Virus record (IMG/VR): IMGVR_UViG_3300010412_000004
Location: 1-64,000 of that record
Origin: a virus
Length of the DNA stretch: 64,000 nt
Reading direction: 5' to 3' (one strand)
Position numbers and translations under genes: made by a program. Shown here one piece after another: positions 47,597 through 57,002 of the stretch (position 1 is the stretch's first letter; every line of letters starts with the position of its first letter). Below the pieces are notes generated by a model, which was not told the origin of the DNA, ran no database searches, and saw nothing but the letters and a program-made list of their open reading frames with translations.

Positions 47597-48043
47597 ATGT
47601 TAAGACACGAAAACACAATACAGAAAGTCTATGCAATGTATATTGACAAAGCAACGACTTTTAATGAAAAAGAAATTGCTTTACGCAAGTTACATAAACT
47701 TTGTGAAAAACACAAAGTCAACTTGCATAGACTTGTTAGTGACTGTACTTTAAATATTAACTATGCAGACAAAGTACAGTCAAAAGCTACTTCAAATGCT
47801 ATGTATGAAGCAGACAAAGCAAAAAGCAGACGTAGTTTAATAATTGAAATGTTACGTCAAAACATACATAGTAAGGACAGTATTGCAGAAGTACTGTCTG
47901 AAGTCTACGAAATTGCAGACTTCAAGACAAATAAGAAAGCAGTTGCAGGGACTTTGTATGACTTGCAGACTAACAAAGCATACTTTGACTATAAAGTATG
48001 TAAAGACGACAGACTTTCTTGCAATTTCAATGTGACTGTCTAA
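47597..48043 (+). CDS. Putative DNA-binding protein, sole gene of the island; paralogue of 38987..39451
   Basis: gaagg RBS; SRRSLIIE...IAEVL...NKKAVAGTLYDL; followed by its own terminator. Confidence 0.75.
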   Translation: MLRHENTIQKVYAMYIDKATTFNEKEIALRKLHKLCEKHKVNLHRLVSDCTLNINYADKVQSKATSNAMYEADKAKSRRSLIIEMLRQNIHSKDSIAEVLSEVYEIADFKTNKKAVAGTLYDLQTNKAYFDYKVCKDDRLSCNFNVTV

Positions 48044-48075
48044 TTGTTAAAAGTAGCACGAAAGCACTTAGCATA

Positions 48076-48116
48076 AAAAAATAAAACACTTTGAAGTCTA
48101 AAGTGTTTTATTTTTT
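48076..48116 (+). terminator. Long AT-rich terminator hairpin
   Basis: aaaaaataaaacacttt / aaagtgttttatttttt 17-bp stem. Confidence 0.75.
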
Positions 48117-48385
48117 GCTTGTTTACTGAAGCAAATTTATTTAATAAATAAATAATATTTAGTAAGTATATAATATTTAGTAAACCCCCCTCAATTTAGT
48201 TTATGAAGACCATTTAGTAAACAGCTACAGAGGGTCTGCCACAATATTCTGAGTAGAATTCATGAGGTCCTCAAAACCAATTCTTCCCGCCCTCCTCCAC
48301 ACTCAAATAATCTACTTGACAACCCTTTTACAGGTGTGTTACTTGTCTATTTCATTACCCTTACGCCTACGAAAGGAAACCTACC

Positions 48386-48985
48386 ATGCGAGATACCGAG
48401 ATGTATAAGCCAGTCCCAACCAAAGGCACTACCAAAGAGGGACTTAAGATTATTATGTTTGATGCCGTACAAAACTGCAGGGCTGAACAATGTCCAATAT
48501 TCAATGACTGCAAATACCTCAAGACCGGAAGGTGCACGGTTGAGATTAATTACCTCCGCGCCGTCTTTGACTCCGTTAACGATATGGTAGGGAAGGACAC
48601 TACACAGGGAGTCCTCAATAAGGTCACCCTCCACCTTCTACCCCTATTCCATCAGCTCATCCGTTTCCAAATCTACGCCTACTCCGTGCAAGATGTCTGC
48701 TACACTACTACAAGAGGGCAGATAAGGGCTCATCCAATATTCAAAGAGATAAGGGACACCCTCAGGTCCATTGAGAACACCCAAGCCTCAATGGGGATTG
48801 ATGGAGAATACATCCGAGCCTTGGGCTCCCTCGGGAGTGGGAGAAAGGGAAGGAGAGCCATTGAGGATGCCGTAAAGTATGGGGAGGACGGATTCAGGGA
48901 GAGGTGGCAGAAAGAGAACTTTGATGGTTCGGTGTTTCCTGAGGGAAGGGCTACCCATCCAAAGCGTTCCGCGAGAGGAGGATAA
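48386..48985 (+). CDS. Putative terminase small subunit
   Basis: Upstream of terL; TTRGQIRAHP resembles the P27-type G..K.NP motif; N-terminal Cys cluster. Confidence 0.6.
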   Translation: MRDTEMYKPVPTKGTTKEGLKIIMFDAVQNCRAEQCPIFNDCKYLKTGRCTVEINYLRAVFDSVNDMVGKDTTQGVLNKVTLHLLPLFHQLIRFQIYAYSVQDVCYTTTRGQIRAHPIFKEIRDTLRSIENTQASMGIDGEYIRALGSLGSGRKGRRAIEDAVKYGEDGFRERWQKENFDGSVFPEGRATHPKRSARGG

Positions 48986-49264
48986 ATGCTCAGATATTTA
49001 TTGGTGTTATTCATACTGCTGGCGAATCCAGTGATCTTACATTTGAAATGGACTACCCAAGCTCATTATGACAGGTATGAAGTGAGGGTCATGGATGACA
49101 GCGGGGTGCTTGACATATACCCTACAGACCTAGAAGAACTTGATTTAGACCTAAGAGACGATAGGATTTATGAGTTCACTATCGAAGGATATACCAATGG
49201 ATCATGGGATACCCTCATGTTCATGCGCTGGCATAGTGGATCGAAGGTTCTTCGGATAAAATAA
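48986..49264 (+). CDS. Small secreted or membrane-anchored beta-rich protein
   Basis: ggagg RBS; hydrophobic N-terminus. Confidence 0.55.
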   Translation: MLRYLLVLFILLANPVILHLKWTTQAHYDRYEVRVMDDSGVLDIYPTDLEELDLDLRDDRIYEFTIEGYTNGSWDTLMFMRWHSGSKVLRIK

Positions 49265-49345
49265 ACGCATATAACGTATGTATTGACATAAAATCGTTTA
49301 AAATTCATTGAATCAGCCTGTGGGCTTTTATAAGGATTTTTCACT

Positions 49346-51223
49346 ATGTTACAACGTGCAAATAGGTTTGAGGCAAGAAAGCCAATCCGTTTTACAGACG
49401 GTGCGGAGGGGATGATAAAGTGGGTGGAGGATTTTGTCTACCTCCCCATCTATCCCTATGTTAGTGAAGAGGATGAGATAGCACCAGTGGAGGCTTGGGT
49501 AAGGGTAGCTGATCTCCCAAAAGATCCTAATCCTAAGACTGGTCGCTCATATTGGAATATGTGGGATAACCAAAAGGAGATCCTCCGCAGAGCCCTTGTA
49601 ATGGAGGGGGGTAGGTTCATATATAGGTTGATAATTCTATGCTGGATGCGTGGGGAGGGAAAGAGTTTGTTGGCCTGCCTCATTCAGCTTTGGAAGTTCT
49701 TCAACTGGACTCGCCAGAAAATTATGCTTGGAGCTAACAGTAAAGATCAGGTAAAGTTCGTTCATTATGATATCATGAGGGATATCATTCTAAACAGCCC
49801 CGAATTGATAGGGGTGGTCGGGGAGAGAAACGTCCAGGAGAAAGAGATTAGGATCTTGGATAGGAACACTGGAGGGGTGGACTGTTTAATCAGGAGCATA
49901 TCCACCGCCAGTGGTATTGTAAGTAACATCACCGGATACACTTTCTCTGAAATGTTTGCGATGAAGAACCCGACCTTCTTCGTGCAACTTGATGGAAGTA
50001 TCAGAAATATACCAAACGCTCTTGGAGTGATTGACAGCACGGTATCTGATAAAGTTCACATATTGCATCAAATGTATAAGAACTGGGTGAAGGGGAAACT
50101 CAGGACCTGTTTCTACAGCTATAGATACACAAAGGAGGCTGATCCTAATAGGTACTGGAACCCTAATATGGATGATGACCAACTCAATGATTACCAAGTA
50201 AAGTTCCCATTTGGAGAATTTGATAGATACTTTTTGAACCTGTGGGAGGCTGGAACAGTTAGAGTATTTAGTGAAGTTGATGTGAGAGCCACTGGGTATA
50301 TTGGAGCGGAGGGATCCTATTTTAATCACAACTCAGTGAAAAATCTGTTGGAGGAGATCGTCAAAAAAGAGGAGGTTTTGAGTGATACTAAAGGAAAAGG
50401 GTGGGTGGAGAGTAGCTTAAATGAAAGGAAAAGAATAGATGAGTTAGAGAAATCGCTCATCCCTGTGGAGAACTTATACAGTCTTAAATCAGGAATGGAC
50501 CGCCAATTCTATTGCCCATTAGAGGATTTAATAAAAGTTGGAGATTTATTCGATACTGATTGGGCTATATTGTTTGGTTTAGATATGGGTGACCCTACCG
50601 CCATTAGAGGACAGGCTAGGAGCATTTTAGTAGGGTTGGCTAAGGGATTGATAGGTTCACGTACCAATCCTTGGGCGGATACACTCAAAATACCTGACCT
50701 TAAGTTCATTTATCTGCTTATATTATTCACTAACGTGGAGAATCACAGCACAGATATGATTAAGAAGATAGTTGATGAGGCTAATGAGGAATATGATGGA
50801 ATAGATACGTTCTGTGCAGAAAGATATGGAACGTGGGATATGACTCAATGGTGTGAGGAAAGGAGCATCAACTTCGAGCCTACTTATCCTAATTATGGAC
50901 GCCAAAGGGATGCCTTCAAAGAGGCCTATACCGTGGTAAAGGAGGGAAGGTTTAAAACTCCTGATATACCTGTGGCGGGATCTAAAACAGATAATTTATT
51001 CCTAGAGGAATTAAGTATATTTGATCATGATCCTATTAAGAAATGGTTTGGTAGCCCTGAAAAAGAAGAGAAAGGAGGGACACAGGACGATTCGGTATAT
51101 AGCTTAGGATGGTGTATGTATGGAGGACGTATGTTAGGACCTCAGGACTTTAGAGTTCGAAAAAATGTATCCAGCTTTGGAATGTTCATACCTGCCACTG
51201 GATTAGTCGGAAAATATACTTAA
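49346..51223 (+). CDS. terL: Terminase large subunit
   Basis: Q-motif WDNQKE, Walker A WMRGEGKS, GANSKDQ, nuclease GLDMG and TQDDSV. Confidence 0.9.
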   Translation: MLQRANRFEARKPIRFTDGAEGMIKWVEDFVYLPIYPYVSEEDEIAPVEAWVRVADLPKDPNPKTGRSYWNMWDNQKEILRRALVMEGGRFIYRLIILCWMRGEGKSLLACLIQLWKFFNWTRQKIMLGANSKDQVKFVHYDIMRDIILNSPELIGVVGERNVQEKEIRILDRNTGGVDCLIRSISTASGIVSNITGYTFSEMFAMKNPTFFVQLDGSIRNIPNALGVIDSTVSDKVHILHQMYKNWVKGKLRTCFYSYRYTKEADPNRYWNPNMDDDQLNDYQVKFPFGEFDRYFLNLWEAGTVRVFSEVDVRATGYIGAEGSYFNHNSVKNLLEEIVKKEEVLSDTKGKGWVESSLNERKRIDELEKSLIPVENLYSLKSGMDRQFYCPLEDLIKVGDLFDTDWAILFGLDMGDPTAIRGQARSILVGLAKGLIGSRTNPWADTLKIPDLKFIYLLILFTNVENHSTDMIKKIVDEANEEYDGIDTFCAERYGTWDMTQWCEERSINFEPTYPNYGRQRDAFKEAYTVVKEGRFKTPDIPVAGSKTDNLFLEELSIFDHDPIKKWFGSPEKEEKGGTQDDSVYSLGWCMYGGRMLGPQDFRVRKNVSSFGMFIPATGLVGKYT

Positions 51224-51257
51224 TCTAAATAAAATCCAGCGGTGCGGCAAAATTTAC

Positions 51258-51287
51258 TTGACAGCCCTTTGCCTTTTCTGTTATACT
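51258..51287 (+). promoter_or_regulatory. Sigma70-type promoter for the head operon
   Basis: TTGACA-18-TATACT with extended -10 TG. Confidence 0.7.
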
Positions 51288-51325
51288 TGGTATTATCATT
51301 ATTCTTTTTGTAGATAGAGGATATT

Positions 51326-52930
51326 ATGGCAGAAAAGGATGCTCTCCTTGATGAAACCGTAGTTCAATATCTCCAGAAAATTCCTGATGACGTTTTATCC
51401 CATATTGCCTTCAGCGTTCCATGGCAACATGGTGTGAGTGATTATGGAGGACTCGAATCTTCTACTGATGAAGATGGGTTTCCTGTTCTACCTGTTGAAG
51501 GAGGGAAGGAAACTCCTAATACCATTAGGAAGATACTCCAAAGCACCTGTTGGGATAAGGCTCATGATAATCCTCATATCAATACTTCTGTGAGAGGATT
51601 GGTAGGTAGAATAACAGGATGGGGATTTGAGACTACAAGTGAGAGTCTTAAGGTGCAAAGGGCTATAGAAGAGATAGAGCTTGATGAGAGAAATCGGCTC
51701 TATTATTTTTGGCCTAAATACATAGCAAGACTACAGATAGAAGGAGAGCTCTATGTATGTCTTACCCTCCATGCAGATGGATTCGTGGAGATAGATTTTA
51801 TTGATCCTTCCACAGTTGATGGTAGTGTAGGCGGTAACTGTGGAATAATTTTCCATCCAAATAAAACATTGATGCCATTGATGTATAACATTCGAAAGAA
51901 TGGTGTCAACCATCAACAGATTCCCTCCATTTTTTGTGCAAGATACCCTGAATTACTAGCATTAGCGGCAGAAGATGACCAATTTGATGCCAAATTACAG
52001 GGAAAAAGCAAGTCTCGAAAGCAGGTTTTCAGTAGGTTTAAGGGTTATAACAAGTTCATCGTCGGTTTTGATAAGGGATTCGTGACTAAAAGAGCGGTTT
52101 CCTACCTCAGAACAACTTTGCAGTGGATCAACCATTACGAAAATCTTAAGAAATATGAAATAGATCATAAGAAGTCCGCAGGCTCCTACCTATGGATTTT
52201 TAAGATAATAGACCCAAAGAGCTTCAAACTTTGGTTGAGCTTGTCTGATGAAGACCGTAAAAAGACGGGAATAATGGCAAAGAAAAGTCCTGGATCCTCT
52301 CTAGTTCTACCTCCTGGTATGGAGGTAGAAGTTGTAAATCCTACCTTAACTTCTATTAAAGATCAGGATACTGATGTATTGGAAATGATAGGTAGTGGAC
52401 TGAATGAGCCTGGAGACGTTTTAACGGGCACTCCAAGAGGTCCTTATGCCTCAGTAAAGGCCTCTAGAGGACCTATGTCAGATAGAGTGTCTGATGAAAT
52501 TGCGTATTTTGATCGTTGGTATAAACATCATTTCTGGAGTTCTATCTTTTTTTTAAAGTCCTCTGTATCCAATTTTCCAAGTAGTATTACAGTGGAGGAG
52601 GCTACTGAGTTTGATGGGGGAGAGCCGAAATTTGAGAAAGTTAAGAGACGGCCTGAACAACTCATTGACGTTTCTTACCCATCATCCGAGGTAATTGATT
52701 TGGAATCAAGGTCAAGGGCTTTATTGGGGGTAAAGCACGGACCTATGAGCGAACAACTCGGTATTCCAAATAGTGAGGTAGCACGTAGAATAGGTATTGG
52801 AGGATATGCTCGTATGAGATTGAGGAAGGCTACCGAAGATAAGAAATTTCCAGAATTGGTATATGAGGCAGGTGTTGATACGGAGTCTGTTCAAGAGTCC
52901 GTGGAGGGGGAACCAGGTAAAAAAGAATAG
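51326..52930 (+). CDS. Portal protein
   Basis: 534 aa between terL and protease; NPH...V...V..ITG.GF, EGELYV, FIDP. Confidence 0.8.
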   Translation: MAEKDALLDETVVQYLQKIPDDVLSHIAFSVPWQHGVSDYGGLESSTDEDGFPVLPVEGGKETPNTIRKILQSTCWDKAHDNPHINTSVRGLVGRITGWGFETTSESLKVQRAIEEIELDERNRLYYFWPKYIARLQIEGELYVCLTLHADGFVEIDFIDPSTVDGSVGGNCGIIFHPNKTLMPLMYNIRKNGVNHQQIPSIFCARYPELLALAAEDDQFDAKLQGKSKSRKQVFSRFKGYNKFIVGFDKGFVTKRAVSYLRTTLQWINHYENLKKYEIDHKKSAGSYLWIFKIIDPKSFKLWLSLSDEDRKKTGIMAKKSPGSSLVLPPGMEVEVVNPTLTSIKDQDTDVLEMIGSGLNEPGDVLTGTPRGPYASVKASRGPMSDRVSDEIAYFDRWYKHHFWSSIFFLKSSVSNFPSSITVEEATEFDGGEPKFEKVKRRPEQLIDVSYPSSEVIDLESRSRALLGVKHGPMSEQLGIPNSEVARRIGIGGYARMRLRKATEDKKFPELVYEAGVDTESVQESVEGEPGKKE

Positions 52931-52938
52931 GAGGTAGT

Positions 52939-54609
52939 ATGCCTTGGGCGGTAGGAGATGTTGATAGGCACAAGAAGGGCCTTACTCCTGCACAGAAGAA
53001 AAAGTGGGTATCTATCGCCAATGGAGTTCTAAGGAGTTGCCAATCCTCTGGAGGTTCGGATTGTGAAGGTAAGGCTATAAGAATTGCAAATTCTAAATTT
53101 ATGCTTTTGAGTGAAGGTTCTCCCTGGACGGTAAATGATTTGGAAGAACATTATGAGTTTTTCCAGATTATGGAGGGGGAAAATGATATTCAGAGCTTGC
53201 AACGTTCTTCTAGTAGAGATAGACCTGGAGGATCAAACGCTGGAAGATACAAAACTAAAGGACCTTATTGTGGACCTTCAGGAGGTGCACCGGCAGGGAC
53301 TTATCCTGTTAATACGAGAGCGAGAGCGAGAGCCGCTGTTAGTTATGCCAGGCATGCACCCAATCCGTCTGGGATAAAAAAATGTGTGTGTAGACATTGG
53401 CCTTCTTTACCTTCATGTAGAAAAAACAAAGGGAGTGATACAATGGAACAAAAAATACCGAAAGGAGCACTAAGATTTGTTGACCAAGGCTGCCACGCCC
53501 ATGTGGAGTTACAAGATGCAGGGGAAGGCAAAACTAAACCTAAAATGAAGATGACGGCCTATACCGGAGGTATTATTAAAGGTCATTGGTACTGGGGGGA
53601 TCTGGCAATCGACCTTGAAGGATTGAAATTTGATCAATCAAGGTATCCAATTTTAGAGGATCACAATACAGCGAGAAAGATAGGCCATATGTCTAAGCCT
53701 AGTATAGAGGAAGGGAAATTGACTATTCCTGAGGATGTGGTGTTTCTGGACAACGATGCGGCGAATGAGTTTATTAAGAATACTACTACTAAACCTCCCT
53801 TTCCTTATCAGGCTAGTATTTATGCTAAGCCTATTGCTGTTGAACGGTTAGAAGAAGGCGCCAAGGCAAAGGTTAATGGATTTGATATGAAAGGTCCTGG
53901 TTCCATTTGGAGGTCGGCTATTTTTAAGGAGGCCTCGGTTTGTGTTTTTGGATGGGATAGTAAAACCAGTGCCTCCGCCTTTTCTAAAGAGGAGATGGAG
54001 GATGTGGACTTTGAGGAAGAGGAAGTCGTCTCCATCGAGGAAAAAATTCAATTAAAACGTAGGAAGGAGGTGAAAACAATTATGAACCTGGAAGAACTCA
54101 AAGAACAATACCCTGATCTCTTTGAGGAGGTTACTCAGTTGGGAATTGCCCAAGCCAAAGAGGAATTCAAAAAAGTTGAGAATTCCTTTACGGTTAGTAT
54201 GAAAGCCCTTGAAGAGAAAGTGGAGAAACTGTCGGTCAGGAATTTGGATTTGGAGAAAAAGGACATCGAGAGAAGTGAGAAAGAGCTCAAAGCTCGTTCC
54301 CGTGACGTATGGATGAACAAGCTCTCCAGTAGTGCCATTCCTGAGAGGTACTTCGATAAAATCATGGCCCATGTTGACCATAACAAGTTCGTCAGTGAGG
54401 GTGTTTTTGATGAAGCTAAGTTTGTTGAGGCCGTAGTGGCGGAAATCAAAGATTGGGAAGATCGAGGTATCACACAGACAGTTCTGGGATCCGGGTTTTC
54501 GGAGAGACAAGTCGGTGATCAGAAAACAGGTAAGGCAGACAATACTGATGTAAAGTCTACTACCGCTCGTCTTCTGAGCCATGTGGGTCAAAAGCCCAAG
54601 CAAGAATAA
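52939..54609 (+). CDS. Prohead protease/scaffold fusion with extra N-terminal domains
   Basis: AYTGG, PILEDH...IG, YQASI, EASVCVFG.D..T; coiled-coil C-terminus. Confidence 0.8.
   Translation: MPWAVGDVDRHKKGLTPAQKKKWVSIANGVLRSCQSSGGSDCEGKAIRIANSKFMLLSEGSPWTVNDLEEHYEFFQIMEGENDIQSLQRSSSRDRPGGSNAGRYKTKGPYCGPSGGAPAGTYPVNTRARARAAVSYARHAPNPSGIKKCVCRHWPSLPSCRKNKGSDTMEQKIPKGALRFVDQGCHAHVELQDAGEGKTKPKMKMTAYTGGIIKGHWYWGDLAIDLEGLKFDQSRYPILEDHNTARKIGHMSKPSIEEGKLTIPEDVVFLDNDAANEFIKNTTTKPPFPYQASIYAKPIAVERLEEGAKAKVNGFDMKGPGSIWRSAIFKEASVCVFGWDSKTSASAFSKEEMEDVDFEEEEVVSIEEKIQLKRRKEVKTIMNLEELKEQYPDLFEEVTQLGIAQAKEEFKKVENSFTVSMKALEEKVEKLSVRNLDLEKKDIERSEKELKARSRDVWMNKLSSSAIPERYFDKIMAHVDHNKFVSEGVFDEAKFVEAVVAEIKDWEDRGITQTVLGSGFSERQVGDQKTGKADNTDVKSTTARLLSHVGQKPKQE
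54082..54609 (+). CDS. Nested in-frame scaffold protein
   Basis: aaggaggtga RBS before in-frame ATG 54082 (MNLEELKEQYPDL). Confidence 0.65.
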   Translation: MNLEELKEQYPDLFEEVTQLGIAQAKEEFKKVENSFTVSMKALEEKVEKLSVRNLDLEKKDIERSEKELKARSRDVWMNKLSSSAIPERYFDKIMAHVDHNKFVSEGVFDEAKFVEAVVAEIKDWEDRGITQTVLGSGFSERQVGDQKTGKADNTDVKSTTARLLSHVGQKPKQE

Positions 54610-54663
54610 TCCTAAAAAGTTTTACGGCCATATTAACTCCTAAATGGAAGGAGGTGAATAAGT

Positions 54664-55359
54664 ATGACATTAATTCGTGGAGGGGATACCCCTCATGTTC
54701 TTCATGGTGTAGCCAAGGACTATAAACGTCTTTACTATTCAGACCATCTGGCTGCCTTAAGAGTTGATGTTACTCTTCAGGCTGGCTATGGTCTGGTAGA
54801 ACAAGGTTCTGCTCTAGCTATGAACATTTCAGCCGCTGGTAATATTGGGAAGTTGGTTCCGTACAATCCTACTTCCTGGGATTTTTCCTCACTCCATCCA
54901 GGTCGTGCCTTCCTTGTTGCCAATACTGGAACAACGGATAAATTCGTCTATGTGGCGATGGAGGACAGTTATAAATTCGCTATTGGGGATGATGTTATCC
55001 TTAATGATAACACAACCTCGGCTGAAAACAAAGGTGCGATCACAGCTATTGATAGAACCTCTGAGGTTCATCGGGCTAAGATCACCTTTACCGCGGCAAT
55101 TGGTGGTACAGCTTTCTTGACCACCCGTTATGCGTATCTTGCCGTGGAGGCAGGAGATAATACCAACAATTATTCAGATTGTGTTGGTATTCTGGAGAAA
55201 TCAGTTGACACCGGCGCTGGTCAATACGCCAAAGGTGCCAACGCCACCTTGATCATTGGTAACGCGGTCCTTTATGAGGGTCTGCTCACCAATGTTGACT
55301 CGGCGGCAAAAACAGACCTGTCCGCTGGTTCATTTGGACAGTACCTTTATATGAGATAA
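54664..55359 (+). CDS. Head decoration protein
   Basis: Just upstream of the capsid gene; VTL.AG.G....G..LA...GKLVPY, VGIL. Confidence 0.7.
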   Translation: MTLIRGGDTPHVLHGVAKDYKRLYYSDHLAALRVDVTLQAGYGLVEQGSALAMNISAAGNIGKLVPYNPTSWDFSSLHPGRAFLVANTGTTDKFVYVAMEDSYKFAIGDDVILNDNTTSAENKGAITAIDRTSEVHRAKITFTAAIGGTAFLTTRYAYLAVEAGDNTNNYSDCVGILEKSVDTGAGQYAKGANATLIIGNAVLYEGLLTNVDSAAKTDLSAGSFGQYLYMR

Positions 55360-55387
55360 AAATTCACTACGGAAGGAGGTGAAAAAT

Positions 55388-56716
55388 ATGCCAAGAGGTG
55401 CTTCCGACATTCCAGAACTGAGGTTGGAGGTTTTACAGGATTTCATGGAAACCTTCATGACTCCTCCCAACTTCGTTCTGCAAAATATGTTTCCTACTCG
55501 TCAATCGCCGTCGAGTACCATTAAGTGGGAAAGTCGTAGAGGAGGAAGAGGTTTAACACCCTTTGTTCCTCCAGGTGCTCCTGCACCACAGACGGCACCG
55601 CTCGGTGTTGCACAACATCAAGCGGAGGCGGCATACTGGAAGGAGAAAATGCCGTTCGACGAGGAATTTCTTAATAACCTACGTAGACCAGGTACCACGG
55701 TAGAGCATCAGTCGGCGGAACAAACGCTGGCTGAGAATTTGGCGAGTCTTAAAAATAGGTCTAGTCGTAGAAAAGAGTGGATGTTCGCTCAGATGCTCTT
55801 CAATAATGGTTTCAGCTATAAGGTGAAGCAGGGATATATGGCGTCGGTGGATTATCAAATTCCATCTGTCAACCGTGTAACCCTAGCTAGTGCTCGAAAC
55901 TGGAACAATGGAGGTAGTAAAAACATTCTGGAGGACATTCAATCAGGTAAGCAGGTAATTCATGATGCTTGTGGTGCGAAGGTGAATATCGCCCTTTTTA
56001 ACTCGAGTGTCTTAAAACTGCTCGCCAACGATTCGGCTATCCAAACCCTTTTGAGAAAGGATGCTTTCGGTCTTGGTAACCTTTATGGTAACCTAGCGGC
56101 CAACGTCCACGACATCATTGGGGTGAACGCTGCCGTGCTGGGAGCCTTGCTTGATATTGATCAATTCATAGTTTATGATGAGCAGTATGAGATTCAAGCC
56201 TGGCTGACCGCCGCCGTAACAGGCGGATCCACTACCTGGGTTTCAGTTGACTCTTCCCAAGATTTTGAGGCTGGAGGAGTTCTTAAAATCCATGATCAGA
56301 GCACTGGTGATTGGGAGGAAAGGGTAATTCTTTCTGTGAGTCAGGAAACTCAAAGAATCCAGATTGAGTATCCTACCACCTATAATTACCTGCCAGGTCA
56401 GGATTTTGTCCGTATGGCTAAGAAGTACGTCCCGGATGACAAATTCGTGATGATGGCCACACGAGTAGATGGTCAACCCATTGCCCAATACTATGAGGCT
56501 CCCTTTGGGAGGGCTCGTAGATGGGGACAGTATGTGGACCAGAGTGAAGATTGGGATCCTGAAGTTGTTTGGATCCGCGTTCAAGATAAAGGCCTCCCTG
56601 TTCTAATGCAGAGAGATGCCATGTATGTCCTCACGGTGTGGACACCGCCTGAGTTAGCGGCTACGTCAACCACAACCACTACTTCTTCAAGTAGTACGAC
56701 CACGACCACCGCGTAA
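55388..56716 (+). CDS. Major capsid protein (lambda gpE-like) with inserted domain and C-terminal S/T tag
   Basis: LTPFVPPG, RRKEWMFAQ.L..G, VDY, DP...WIRV..KGLPV; ends TSTTTTTSSSSTTTTTA. Confidence 0.85.
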   Translation: MPRGASDIPELRLEVLQDFMETFMTPPNFVLQNMFPTRQSPSSTIKWESRRGGRGLTPFVPPGAPAPQTAPLGVAQHQAEAAYWKEKMPFDEEFLNNLRRPGTTVEHQSAEQTLAENLASLKNRSSRRKEWMFAQMLFNNGFSYKVKQGYMASVDYQIPSVNRVTLASARNWNNGGSKNILEDIQSGKQVIHDACGAKVNIALFNSSVLKLLANDSAIQTLLRKDAFGLGNLYGNLAANVHDIIGVNAAVLGALLDIDQFIVYDEQYEIQAWLTAAVTGGSTTWVSVDSSQDFEAGGVLKIHDQSTGDWEERVILSVSQETQRIQIEYPTTYNYLPGQDFVRMAKKYVPDDKFVMMATRVDGQPIAQYYEAPFGRARRWGQYVDQSEDWDPEVVWIRVQDKGLPVLMQRDAMYVLTVWTPPELAATSTTTTTSSSSTTTTTA

Positions 56717-56744
56717 TAGTGGCTGGTTGGAAGAGGATCAATCG

Positions 56745-57002
56745 ATGAATATCGAAAAGGTAATAATTAAGGTTACACTTAAAGGTGTTTCTAATCAATG
56801 GGAAGAAGGGGAGGTGTTATTTCCTCCCCTTCCCCAGGAAATTTTGCAAGAAATTGACCTAGGTAGGGATACCGTTGAGGTAGTAAAAATGGATGAAATT
56901 CCAAATAACATAATAGGATTACCTTCAATTACTACCTTAGTAAAAACCAAATCTACTTTGAAAAGAGAGGAAACCCGTATAAAGAGAGTCAGGAGAATGT
57001 AA
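56745..57002 (+). CDS. Small head-associated hypothetical protein
   Basis: gagga RBS; follows the capsid gene. Confidence 0.55.
   Translation: MNIEKVIIKVTLKGVSNQWEEGEVLFPPLPQEILQEIDLGRDTVEVVKMDEIPNNIIGLPSITTLVKTKSTLKREETRIKRVRRM

Larger units (their letters stand above)
47064..48184. other. AT-rich island depleted of GG/CC and GAT/GAG (candidate genome-end or first-entry segment)
   Basis: Manual count found 4 GG and 2 CC dinucleotides in ~1120 bp; lies between the divergent early arm and the terminase. Confidence 0.75.

Noticed and set aside
19521-51223. Inteins or introns in polA, dnaB, the SF2 helicase or terL
   Set aside because: ORFs are continuous and of ordinary length; inserts are short and lack C...HN splice motifs
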